This document shows, one piece after another, positions 63,788-64,000 of a DNA stretch of 64,000 bases. The notes under the pieces were generated by a model. The model was not told where the DNA came from. It worked only from the letters and a program-made list of their open reading frames with translations, and searched no databases. The position numbers and the translations under genes are program-made. The first letter of the stretch is position 1; each line of letters starts with the position of its first letter. Origin of the DNA: Podarcis liolepis (Eukaryota); NCBI GenBank assembly GCA_965112155.1, contig OZ218114.1; one strand, 5' to 3'.

Positions 63788-64000
63788 CATAGAATCATAA
63801 GAGTTGGAAGGAACCCAAGGGGCATCTAGTCCACCCCCTGCAATGCAGGAATATCAGCTACAGCATCCCTGACAGATGGCCATCCAACCAATGCTTAAAA
63901 ACCTCCAAGGAAGGAAAGTCCACAGCCTCCCGAGGGAGACTGTTCTACTGCCGAACAGCTCTTGCTGCCAGAAGGTTTTTCTGAATGTTTAGTCGGAATC
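63788..64000 (-). mobile_element. CR1-like LINE 3' end
   Basis: CATAGAAT-type tail; similar to 38048-38430. Confidence 0.7.

Overview
Vertebrate genomic DNA from a squamate, most likely a lacertid lizard (judged from Sauria/Squam-type SINEs, BovB and the MITE content). It holds the conserved block equivalent to human 11q23.1, all on the minus strand: mir-34b, mir-34c, HOATZ (C11orf88; 6 coding exons, one inferred), LAYN (layilin; 8 coding exons, 395 aa, with a 24-nt micro-exon and a GC-AG intron) and SIK2 exon 1 (the rest lies off the left edge). Introns and spacers are dense with TEs: Tigger/Tc2-like and hAT MITEs, solo LTRs, SINEs, BovB, L1-like, CR1/L2 and Penelope fragments. The standout feature is at 17330-18760, between LAYN and SIK2. 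It is a Charlie/Buster-type hAT transposon with perfect 15-bp TIRs, an 8-bp TSD and the last 41 codons of its transposase. Its interior has been replaced by a genomic copy of the CpG island, 5'UTR, first coding exon and splice donor of the unlinked gene UBE2G1, so it looks like a Pack-MULE-style 'Pack-hAT' carrying a host promoter. Other notable items are a minimal hammerhead ribozyme in the Penelope copy, a compensatory substitution in mir-34c, a Tc2-like element built of perfect palindromes, and a nested LTR/MITE stack. All calls were made by eye and from recalled protein/RNA sequences; no database searches were run.
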